A DNA stretch of 64,000 nucleotides, from positions 1 to 64,000 of IMG/VR virus record IMGVR_UViG_3300027969_000073; one strand, given 5' to 3'. The number at the start of each line of letters is the position of its first letter. Positions within the stretch are counted from its first letter, which is position 1. Positions 17,863 to 27,200 of this stretch are shown here, one piece after another. This stretch comes from a virus. The translations under genes were made by a program, and so were the position numbers. The notes under the pieces are model-generated. The model ran no database searches. It worked only from the letters and a program-made list of their open reading frames with translations, and had not been told where the DNA came from.

Positions 17863-18375
17863 ATGGCAAATACAGAGCTTAAATTAGAGTTTCCTGAATT
17901 TATTACCCATATTCCTAAAAACAAAAAAGAGTGGATAAAAATTGGTTACAATAAAATTCATGCATCTGTGCACTATACTACTAGAGCTGCTTTAGTAGCA
18001 GCTATGCATGGGTATATTGAAAAACATATTCCTGAAAATTTAACTATAGAGGGACCTGTTGAAACCAAGTTAACCGTATTTGCTCCTATAAATTTTGGAA
18101 TAATGAAAATGGTAGTAGACAAAAAAACAGGAAAAAGAAAGGTGAGCTGGAATCTAGCGCCCCCTAATTACAAACCTAACTGGGATATTGGTAATCTAGC
18201 TTTAATTTGGCTTAAGTGTTTAGACGATGTACTAATTAAGAAAGGTATTTTACCTGACGATACTGTAGAGCATCTTCAAAGAACTACTTATGAGTTTATT
18301 CCTATTACAAATTTTAAAGATAGAAAATTGGTTTACAGTTTAAAAACAATTAAAAGAAGAAGAAATGGATTATAA
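17863..18375 (+). CDS. RusA-like Holliday junction resolvase
   Basis: WDIGNL...KCLDDVL...GILPDD resembles the RusA D-x-x-N / K-x-x-x-D / DD pattern. Confidence 0.65.
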   Translation: MANTELKLEFPEFITHIPKNKKEWIKIGYNKIHASVHYTTRAALVAAMHGYIEKHIPENLTIEGPVETKLTVFAPINFGIMKMVVDKKTGKRKVSWNLAPPNYKPNWDIGNLALIWLKCLDDVLIKKGILPDDTVEHLQRTTYEFIPITNFKDRKLVYSLKTIKRRRNGL

Positions 18376-19387
18376 ATCATTACCTGGTACTAATCAAAGT
18401 ATCCTAAAAAAGATTTTAGATCATCCTAAGGATTATCTAAAAGCAAAAGCACGTCAAGAAAGTCCAGAAGAATCTACAGAAGAACATTTTGTATTTGGCA
18501 GTATGGTAGATATGATGTTGCTATCTTCTAGAGTTGAATTTGATACTAAATTTGAAAGAATTCCTGATGATGTAAAATGTAGTGATACTATAAAAGCAAT
18601 TGTTAATGGTATTTATAGTGAATTATCAGACAGTAATGTACCAGTAACAGATGCTGGTTTACGACCTATTATACTAAAGTATTGTAACGAGTTTGGTTAT
18701 CAAGGTAATTGGAAAGACGATACTAGAGTTGATAAAATTATCAAAGATGGTAGTGAATATTATGATATTCTAGTTCGTGGAGTAAATAAAACCTTAGTTA
18801 CAGAAACTGAATATGCTAACGCAGTAAATTGTCTTATGGCCTTAAAATTTGATGCATTTACAAGACAGTATGTAGATAAGAAGTTTGAAAAGAACAATGT
18901 CGAATTCTTAGATAGATTTATTATTCAATTTGTTCATAATGGCAGAACTATAAAAGGCGAGTTAGATAGAGTTGTTATTAATCACACTAAAAAAACTATT
19001 ACACCTGTAGATTTTAAAACTACAGGGAAAACTGTTAAAGGATTCAAGTATGATTTCTGGAAATATCGTTATGATTTTCAAGCTGCTGTATATAAGTTAG
19101 GCTTGTTAGCTCATCCTGATATTATTGAACTATTGAATAAGGAATATTCTTTGGAAAACTTTGTTTATTGTGTAGTAGAAAAGAATTTGGTTTATAATCC
19201 TATGAATTTTGTGGTTCCTTCTGCTGTTGATAACATCGGTTTACATGGTGGATTTCTAAGCAATGGCCAAGAAGTAGAAGGTTTCTTTGCTGCATGTGCT
19301 AGATTAGACTTTGCTGAGAATAATGATGCTTGGGAATATCCAATGGAGTATTATCAACTAGAGGGCGCAACTTATTTAGAAGTTTAA
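18365..19387 (+). CDS. PD-(D/E)xK exonuclease (RecE/ExoVIII-like)
   Basis: KGELD...VDFKTT...YRYDFQAAVY. Confidence 0.85.
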   Translation: MDYKSLPGTNQSILKKILDHPKDYLKAKARQESPEESTEEHFVFGSMVDMMLLSSRVEFDTKFERIPDDVKCSDTIKAIVNGIYSELSDSNVPVTDAGLRPIILKYCNEFGYQGNWKDDTRVDKIIKDGSEYYDILVRGVNKTLVTETEYANAVNCLMALKFDAFTRQYVDKKFEKNNVEFLDRFIIQFVHNGRTIKGELDRVVINHTKKTITPVDFKTTGKTVKGFKYDFWKYRYDFQAAVYKLGLLAHPDIIELLNKEYSLENFVYCVVEKNLVYNPMNFVVPSAVDNIGLHGGFLSNGQEVEGFFAACARLDFAENNDAWEYPMEYYQLEGATYLEV

Positions 19388-19389
19388 TT

Positions 19390-19998
19390 ATGGTAAAATA
19401 CAACAAAACTGCTACATTTTTATTTCCTTTATTGGAAATACCTAAAAAGTTATTTACTTGTGATGTAAGATTTCCTTGGGGTAGATTAAGATTTGACCAA
19501 AGATTTCTTAATGCATTTATGACTGATGCAGGTATTTCTAAATATAAAGAAAATCACATTTTTGTGGTTTGTAGAAATTTTAGAGATGTACATTTTGATG
19601 GATTTTACAACACTTTGCAAAGTTTCCCTAATTATGTAGATGATTATGAAAAAAATGGTCTATTAATATTAGTCTATACTATTCCTGAACACAATATGGA
19701 GGATTATTTATTATTAGTAAATGGTAAATACTCTGAAATAACAGAAATTTCTAAACAACTTATTTTAGCTAATAATTTCTTTAGTGGTGCTCCTCACACA
19801 ATACCTTTGATTCTATATAAAACTGAGATGCTTAAAAAGCATTGGGAAGATGTTTTAAGTAGTGAAGGTTCTGAGGTAGATTTAGGAAATCAAGAAGTAT
19901 GGCCTATTATAGACCAATCTTGTCAAGTGTTGACTGATGAAATCACATGCAGTCTAACAGGAGAACAAAAATTAATGCCTACGGGGGAGTTTGATTAA
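19390..19998 (+). CDS. Hypothetical protein
   Basis: Start set to ATG 19390, just after the exonuclease stop. Confidence 0.75.
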   Translation: MVKYNKTATFLFPLLEIPKKLFTCDVRFPWGRLRFDQRFLNAFMTDAGISKYKENHIFVVCRNFRDVHFDGFYNTLQSFPNYVDDYEKNGLLILVYTIPEHNMEDYLLLVNGKYSEITEISKQLILANNFFSGAPHTIPLILYKTEMLKKHWEDVLSSEGSEVDLGNQEVWPIIDQSCQVLTDEITCSLTGEQKLMPTGEFD

Positions 19999-20006
19999 CT
20001 CCCCTT
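19984..20006 (+). terminator. Hairpin (weak terminator or processing site)
   Basis: GGGGAGTT/AACTCCCC stem overlapping the stop codon; only TT follows. Confidence 0.45.
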
Positions 20007-20025
20007 ATGGGTTAAACTACAAATT

Positions 20026-20445
20026 ATGGAAAAGACAATTAATCCCTTTACATGTAGGGAAGACCAAATTATCAAACAATGTTTAGATACTAACATTGGA
20101 AGACCGTTTGATGCAATTAAAAAAGCTTCTACTCTTTTGGGTAGAAGCTATAATTCTGTTTATTCTCGTTATTATGCAAAGAATAAATTTAAACCAGAAA
20201 TCAAAGTAATTATGAGCCCTATACAAGAAATCTTTTTTAAAAGAGATATGTTATCAAAAAGAAAATTTGATGTGTGGATGGAGCTAAATCGTGAACGTTT
20301 ATTAAAAGAAGAAGATGAGAGGGAAAGACTATTGGACAGCAGAAATGGGACAAGGATGGGCCCTAACATTGAAGGAAACATTAAAAAGTCCTTACATGGA
20401 AAAATTGATGACATTCCTCAGCCTGCAATACGCAATGGGCAATAA
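20026..20445 (+). CDS. Hypothetical protein, possible HTH
   Basis: KASTLLGRSYNSVYSRYY; 3' end overlaps the UDG gene. Confidence 0.6.
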   Translation: MEKTINPFTCREDQIIKQCLDTNIGRPFDAIKKASTLLGRSYNSVYSRYYAKNKFKPEIKVIMSPIQEIFFKRDMLSKRKFDVWMELNRERLLKEEDERERLLDSRNGTRMGPNIEGNIKKSLHGKIDDIPQPAIRNGQ

Positions 20446-21001
20446 TCATCCTCAAAATAAATCAGACATTTTTAAATGCTATCGTTTGACGCCATGGGAA
20501 AATTTAAGAGTAGTAATTATAGGTGATGAGCCTCATTTTTCTTCAGGTTATCATGCATTAGCTTATTCTGATGAATATGTGCATGCTTACCACAATGGAT
20601 CTATTACTTCTATTGCAAATTGCATAGAAAGAGATTATTATGAAGGTCTTAATTTAGACTTTGATTATTCTCTAGAATCCTGGGCAAAACAAGGAGTACT
20701 AATGCTAAACAGAAGTATTACTGTGAAAGCTAATGCAATCCATTCTCATAGAAAACCGTGGAGTAAATTCTTCTTGGCTACTATTCAAGCAATAGTAGAT
20801 TACAAACCAGGGACGATTTTTATGCTATGGGGAGAAGGTTATGATGATATAATTCCTATGTTGAACAATCAGCATATCTTTACTTGGGAACATCCTCATA
20901 AAGCTCTTTTAGAATATCGAGAATGGAATTGTCCTAATTTTAAACAAGTAGACACACTTTTAGAATATTTAAATGGAAGAGACAATATCATTAAGTGGTA
21001 A
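20315..21001 (+). CDS. Family 1 uracil-DNA glycosylase-like protein with divergent active site
   Basis: VVIIGDEPH (cf. GQDPY), WAKQGVLMLN, SH..PW, FMLWG, HP...W..CPNF. Confidence 0.85.
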   Translation: MRGKDYWTAEMGQGWALTLKETLKSPYMEKLMTFLSLQYAMGNNHPQNKSDIFKCYRLTPWENLRVVIIGDEPHFSSGYHALAYSDEYVHAYHNGSITSIANCIERDYYEGLNLDFDYSLESWAKQGVLMLNRSITVKANAIHSHRKPWSKFFLATIQAIVDYKPGTIFMLWGEGYDDIIPMLNNQHIFTWEHPHKALLEYREWNCPNFKQVDTLLEYLNGRDNIIKW

Positions 21002-21446
21002 TTTTAAAACCAAAAAAAATTTTACTAAAACAGAGCTGTTAAGTATTCGTAATGATGTTATCTTAGGCAATCCTAAATTATGGATATGTCATAAACACGG
21101 AATTACTGAAAATGTTTTTGATAAAATGTACGGAGAATTTTCAGAACTAATGGCTACTGTAACTGCAAAATACCCTAAATGTATTTTAGGAAGTAAACAA
21201 GAAGCTTATTGTTCAGAAGAAGAAATGCTTAAAGGTTTTCCTCAATATAAATGGAAAGATTTAAGTAGATTAGAAAAACAATTTTATTTTAATTATGGAA
21301 AAAAATTTAACAAAGTCCGTGCAGGAATTAGTAGAAGACTGGAGCCGCACCTTCGGACTGCCTATGAAAGAGGAGAAAGGATTTCCCTCGATGGAGAGAA
21401 TCCAACTATCCCTAAAATTGATAGACGAAGAGTTAGAAGAAACTAA
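20973..21446 (+). CDS. Hypothetical protein
   Basis: 157-aa ORF; 3' part overlaps the MazG-like gene. Confidence 0.55.
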   Translation: MEETISLSGNFKTKKNFTKTELLSIRNDVILGNPKLWICHKHGITENVFDKMYGEFSELMATVTAKYPKCILGSKQEAYCSEEEMLKGFPQYKWKDLSRLEKQFYFNYGKKFNKVRAGISRRLEPHLRTAYERGERISLDGENPTIPKIDRRRVRRN

Positions 21447-21747
21447 ACAAGCTATCTTGTCCAGAGATTTTCAAGAAACTGAAGATGGATTAGGAGATCT
21501 TCTATGGGTTACTATTCGAGCAATGTTCGAAATGGGTATTAATCCACAAAAAACTATCGAGGCAATCTACGAAAGTAATATGTCAAAAGCAGATAATACT
21601 TTAGACGATGCTATATTAACATACAAGCATTACATGGAGCAAGGTATTAATACCTATTCCAAAGAAGTGCGAGGTAAGTTTATAACTTACCGTTTTTCTG
21701 ACAATAAAGTATTAAAGTCTAGAAATTGGAAACCTCCTGTATTGTAA
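21295..21747 (+). CDS. MazG-like NTP pyrophosphohydrolase
   Basis: LIDEELEE...DGLGDLLWV...ESNMSK. Confidence 0.85.
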   Translation: MEKNLTKSVQELVEDWSRTFGLPMKEEKGFPSMERIQLSLKLIDEELEETKQAILSRDFQETEDGLGDLLWVTIRAMFEMGINPQKTIEAIYESNMSKADNTLDDAILTYKHYMEQGINTYSKEVRGKFITYRFSDNKVLKSRNWKPPVL

Positions 21748-21763
21748 ATATTTAAAACTTTAT

Positions 21764-21771
21764 TATCTTTA
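21764..21771 (+). promoter_or_regulatory. -7-like element (TATCTTTA) before LAGLIDADG
   Basis: One mismatch to TAnnTTTG, 14 nt before the ATG. Confidence 0.4.
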
Positions 21772-21785
21772 TAAAAAAATAAATA

Positions 21786-22586
21786 ATGCAAAATTTAATA
21801 CAAGATTATTTAAAGGGAGAAATGCTATCAGATCTTTCAAAAAAATATAATATCAATTATTCTACAGCCAAGCGAATATTAGTAAAACAAAAAATTAAAT
21901 TAAGAACTAGAGCAGAAAGTTTAACTCTTCAAAGAAATTGTTCTTGTTTTAAATCTATAGATTCTGAAGAAAAAGCTTATTGGTTAGGATTTATTGCAGC
22001 AGATGGTTCTATTGATTTAAATAAAAATAAACTACAGATTACTTTAAAATCTGATGATTTAGAACATTTAATAAAATTTCAAAAATTTGTTAATACTAAA
22101 ATTTCTCCTAAAATCTATTCTATAAAACATAATAATATTTCTTATAATATATGCAGTATTCACGTTATATCTAAAGAATTAGTACAAGATTTAACTTTAC
22201 ATAATATAGTGCCTAATAAGTCTTTAATTTATTCTCCTAATTTAAATTTAATTCCCAAGGAGTTGGAAAAACATTTTTGGCGAGGATATATAGATGGAGA
22301 TGGTTATATTGGAGTTATTCATGAAAATAGACCTAGTTTTTCTATTGTAGGTACGCAAGAAACTTTAACTCAGTTTCTAGAATTTACAGGATTGAATAAA
22401 AAATTGTATCAAAGAAATACTACTACTAATACTTTTCAAGTAAATTTTGTTTATAGAAAAGCTTTATTTATTTTGGAGTTGCTGTATAAAACTTCTTCTG
22501 TTTATTTAGATAGAAAATATTATAAAGCTAAAAAACTTTCTATAGAGTATAGAAAAATTATTAACATTAAAACTAATTTAAAATGA
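21786..22586 (+). mobile_element. Free-standing double-motif LAGLIDADG homing endonuclease
   Basis: AYWLGFIAADGS and HFWRGYIDGDG motifs, N-terminal HTH, very AT-rich. Confidence 0.9.
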
Positions 22587-23281
22587 TTATCTCAATATCA
22601 GGTCGTATGGGATCTGGAAAAGACACTGTAGGAAGTATTATTCAGTATTTAACAATGATGTCAATTAACAAAGAATGTAAAATTGATTATACAGAATGGT
22701 GTACACCAAGAGGAAAAGCTACTGAATTTTTAGGAAAAGATTATTGGCAAATCAAAAAATTTGCAGAAAAGTTAAAATCTATTGCATCACTACTTACAGG
22801 TATTCCTATAGAGATGTTTGAAGATCAAGAGTTTAAGAAAACTTTTTTACCTCTTGAATGGGGCTATTTAAAAGATTCTACTACGTATCAATTAATGACT
22901 GTGAGAGAGCTTCTTCAAAAATTAGGAACTGAAGCTATGAGAAACGGTTTGCATGAAAACGTATGGGTTAATTCTCTTATGGCCGACTATAAGCCTGATA
23001 CGTATACAAGAGTAAATGTTACTTATATTGCATCTAACCTACCTAACTGGATTATAACTGATACTAGATTTCCTAATGAGTTAGATGCTGTTAAAGGTAA
23101 AGAAGGTGTTACTATTAAAGTAAAAAGAAATTGGGGTAGTACAGAAAATCTATTTAGTACTCATCCTAGTGAAACAGCTCTTGATGATGCAACATTTGAT
23201 TATGAAATTGTTAATGATGGAACTATCGAAGAATTGATAGAGAAAGTAAGAGCAATTTTAATTGAATTAAGTATTATCTAA
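22583..23281 (+). CDS. Deoxynucleoside monophosphate kinase
   Basis: ISGRMGSGKDT, FAEKLK, RELLQKLGTE, ITDTRFPNE, HPSE. Confidence 0.92.
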   Translation: MIISISGRMGSGKDTVGSIIQYLTMMSINKECKIDYTEWCTPRGKATEFLGKDYWQIKKFAEKLKSIASLLTGIPIEMFEDQEFKKTFLPLEWGYLKDSTTYQLMTVRELLQKLGTEAMRNGLHENVWVNSLMADYKPDTYTRVNVTYIASNLPNWIITDTRFPNELDAVKGKEGVTIKVKRNWGSTENLFSTHPSETALDDATFDYEIVNDGTIEELIEKVRAILIELSII

Positions 23282-23520
23282 TGAGTAATGAGGAAATATT
23301 ACAAGCAGTTGATGATGTTTCTCATAATTTACATTGGAGAGATATAGAACGTTTATGTAGGTTTTACAATTGGAAAGTAGTAAATACTAGAAGAGGATAT
23401 AAAGTCTACATAAACAGTTCTGTATGGTGTTTGCATTTAGAACATCGTACATCTAATCAACTTAAACATGGTATAATAAGGAATTTCAGGAAAGTTTTAA
23501 AAAAAGAAAACATATTATGA
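23281..23520 (+). CDS. HicA-like small protein
   Basis: RDIERL...G-x-x...H...LKHGIIRNFRKVL pattern of the HicA fold. Confidence 0.5.
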   Translation: MSNEEILQAVDDVSHNLHWRDIERLCRFYNWKVVNTRRGYKVYINSSVWCLHLEHRTSNQLKHGIIRNFRKVLKKENIL

Positions 23521-23864
23521 GAATTGGTCAAAAAATTGTTTGTATAGATGATTCTATTAAACCTGGTAAAGAAGCTTTTGTAAGGAATGTTTATAAGCAA
23601 TGGATTAAAGAAAGAGAAATTTATACTATAAGGGATATTATCGACAATGATAATATAGTAACAGGAATTCTTTTAAAAGAAGTAGTCAATATGCCTATCT
23701 ATATTCATCTTATAGATGATATTCAAGAACCTGCTTTTAGAATGGAAAGGTTTAAAGAATTAGATGAGTTTGAAGAAGAGGAAGAAGAACAAGAATTAGA
23801 ATCAGTAAAAATTATTTTAGTAGATTATGGAACAGAAGAGAATGCCCAGCCAAGATACAATTAG
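23517..23864 (+). CDS. Hypothetical phage protein
   Basis: 115-aa ORF (GQKIVCID...YTIR...RF) with acidic tail. Confidence 0.7.
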   Translation: MRIGQKIVCIDDSIKPGKEAFVRNVYKQWIKEREIYTIRDIIDNDNIVTGILLKEVVNMPIYIHLIDDIQEPAFRMERFKELDEFEEEEEEQELESVKIILVDYGTEENAQPRYN

Positions 23865-24210
23865 TTACATCACATTACTTTCTGCTCTACAAGTAGTTCA
23901 GAATTGTCAATTAGATTTAAAAGGTACTAACAAGTATAGAGCTCGAGAGGCAGAGGCTGTTCGTAAAGCAGTAGCTGTATTAAAATCTACAATGGCTCAA
24001 GATAAGAAAAACATTTGGACCGTAGATGAGATGACTTCTGCAAATTTGATGATTACTATTGAAAAAGTTGCAGAGTTAATTGCTAAGAATGACGGGGTGG
24101 GTCTCCACACTATTATCTATTTATTGGATAGTGGGGTAGATTTAAATCGTTGTGTTGTTCAAGAACTTTCTGATGAAGAAATAGAAGAATTTAAAAAAGA
24201 CCAGCCTTAA
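23827..24210 (+). CDS. Hypothetical protein
   Basis: Last + strand ORF. Confidence 0.7.
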   Translation: MEQKRMPSQDTISYITLLSALQVVQNCQLDLKGTNKYRAREAEAVRKAVAVLKSTMAQDKKNIWTVDEMTSANLMITIEKVAELIAKNDGVGLHTIIYLLDSGVDLNRCVVQELSDEEIEEFKKDQP

Positions 24211-24222
24211 CAAGCTGGTCTT
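24193..24222 (-). terminator. Terminator at the convergence of the two gene blocks
   Basis: AAGACCAGC 24197-24205 / GCTGGTCTT 24214-24222, with a U tract on the - strand. Confidence 0.7.
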
Positions 24223-24242
24223 AAAAAAATTTGGCGTCTGCC

Positions 24243-27200
24243 TTAATTAAAGCCGTTATCTGTCTCTTCGTCTTGAGATAATTCATCTACTGCTGCAGGA
24301 ATTGGGTCATAACCATCAGATGATAATCCATGGGGAATTGCCCAATTTTTAAGTGTTCCTAAAAGTCCTACATTAGCTTTTTGTCTTGGAGACATAAGTT
24401 CATAGACTTTTGAATCTACCATTTCCTTGATGAATTTATTTTTCATTTCAGGATACTGCATTTCGTATAAGTTACGAATAGGTAATTTTTTAAACCACCA
24501 TTTTGCAGCATGTGAATCTCCTTCATACATACCACCTTCGTATACTTCTGTAACATTAAAGGCTTCTCCCATATCAAGTAAATCCTTAATCATTCTAGCT
24601 CCTACAACAGGCTCATCAATCATTTGTACAAGTTCTGCAGGAGACCAGGCAGCACCTTGTTCTAATAGTAATCTATTTAATTGATAAGCAGTGTATTGCA
24701 TAGTCCAATCTTCATCATCTGAGCCGTCTGCTGCAATGTTGGCCATAGCTGCTAATACTGATACAATGTTCAAATAAAGTAAGTCTAAAGCTGTTTTTTG
24801 AACTCCTCTTTTTCGTGCAGGACTTAAATTTTTCCAACTAGCCATTGCTCCTTGAAGACCTGTTTTATCTACTAAAAGAGCTCCTGCTACATCATTCCAC
24901 AAGAAACTTCCAGTAGCACGGTATGTACCAATTTCTTCTTCTTCAGTGATTCTATTTATCTTTTCTCTAGTAAAACGAGTATCTATCATTCCAATAAACC
25001 ATCCTCTATGCATTAATAAGTAATCTCCAAAAATTGTTCTTGATAGAGCTCCTTTATCTGTAGCAGAAAGAGTACCGTCGATTAAGTGTGTCAAATGGTC
25101 AACTTTACCATTTACAGAATTTAATACTCCATCAGTAACATATTGCTCAAATTCAGGTTTAATTTGAAGTTTACCATTAACCACTTCGTAAGCATTATAA
25201 AGGCTGTCTTTTCTCATACCTTTCCATTGCTCTTTTACTGATTTCTGATGTTTTGAATCATTAGCAACATTACCTTCTTTTGCTGTGATTTCATAGAATT
25301 TAGCACGAGTGATAAATTTGCCTTTGTACAATCTATGATTATCATACATTGCCAAAGTGGTTCTTCCTTTTAAACCATAATCTCCAGTTGCATAAGTAGA
25401 ATACAAGATATCTTTATTTAGCAACATTCTACTTGCTCTATTTGAAGTAGTATTATAAAGCATTTTTTCTAAAGATGCAATTTGATTTTCTTGAAAAATC
25501 AAGTGCATTTTATTAGTTTGTCTTGCTCTACCTGCTTCTGAAACTACTTGAGGAATATTAGACATAAATTCCATACGTGCCCAGTTTTTACTATCATGAG
25601 TAGTATATAAACCTACGTGGTCGTCAATGATAGCATCTCCTGAACCTTTTAAGAAACCTGAGATAGCAGTAGTGATTCCAAAAGCTAAGTTATTGTCTTT
25701 GATAAAGTTGCTGAATAGTTTAGATGCTTTTGCCCAAGAAAATTGTTTACCTGCTATACCTGTAGCTTTTGTCCATTTATTTTCTGGAATTGGTTTAGTA
25801 GCTAATGCAGATTTACTTTGAATACCAAATACATGTGTATCCATTAAAGTTTCTAAAGCTTTATACTCATTAGCCCCTTCACTACCTTTTTTACGTACAT
25901 TACCTTTAATATAATTTTTCTGAGCCATAGCAATATTAATGACTCCTAAATCACCTGAGATTTTATTCATCTCTTGGTAATTTTCTGCCATTTCCGAGAA
26001 TAGAGTAAATGTTCTAGCTAAATCATAAGATAAATCCTTACTACTTTTTAATGGCTTAATAAAGAATATTGGAACCATTTTATTATTTAAAACACTTACT
26101 TGTCCAAATTGTGTATCATCTGGGTCTAAGAACATAGAATCTCTAACTAGATTTCCAATTTTAGACATAAATCCTTCTTGCTTGCTACTTAAACGGTCTA
26201 CTGTAGATTTTAAAATAGATGGGAGCATGTAAACAGTGCTTTCTTTTCTATAATGAATAGGAAGTTTTTTTACAGCCTCTGTTTTTTTAGCTACTAATAA
26301 ATCGTAGTAAGCTTTTGTGGCAGGGTTACTAGTAATTTTTTTAAAATCAGTGTTTTTGTAGCTTTCATTAGGAACTTTGATTTTAAACGATGATACTTTA
26401 CCTGAAGCGTCTTCCTCTGTAACAGTTTTTTCTACACTATTATCCTTAAAAAAAGAGCTCCACATTTCACTATAAATTTTTCTATCTTCTTTGCTTAAAT
26501 AAGCAGAATTAATATCCGCGTAGTTATCAAATTGTAATTTCTCTGCAATTTCTTTTTTAGTTTCTGCCAGCTTTTGATAATATCTATTCCAATAGTATTC
26601 TCTAGCTAAATAATTTGTAGGCTTATCGTCTGCATCGTACTCTATTAAATCTTCAATCTTACCTCCTGCTTTTAGCATAGCTTCTTGAGCTGCTAATAAA
26701 TCATTGGCAGTGCCTACAGTAAAGCGTTTTACTCTAGCAATACTATCAAAAATAATACGAGTAGCGGACTGAATTAATTTAGAATCTGAATACTTAAAAT
26801 TACCTACTTGAAGACGATACGCACTCATATCTTCTTTAGTATCATCAAATGCTTTTTCTTCATCAAAATTTGGGTCTATTTTGTTCCCAAATTGGTCAGT
26901 ATTAGCTTCTACTAATACTCTAACTCCTTCAATTTTTGCTAGTGCATTAACTTTTGGAAGAATTAAAGGAATTAAATTTGTAGCATTATGAATAGCAGAT
27001 ATTAATTCATTTCTTTCTTCTCTAGGAATTCCCCATTCATGGATGTTTACTAAAAAAGTACGAAATAAATTAGAGTACATATCTACAAAATTTTGAGACA
27101 TACTTACTACTCCTGTATTAGCTTTTTGATTCTTTACTGCCTTATCTAAAATATTATAAATAGAAGCTAATTCTTCTTGAGCAAGTTTAACAAAACTATT

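Noticed and set aside
1428-20414. Short antisense or nested ORFs within + strand genes (for example 5009..5197, 9540..9881, 17009..17431, 11382..11585)
   Set aside because: Shadow ORFs of well-supported genes, with no motifs.
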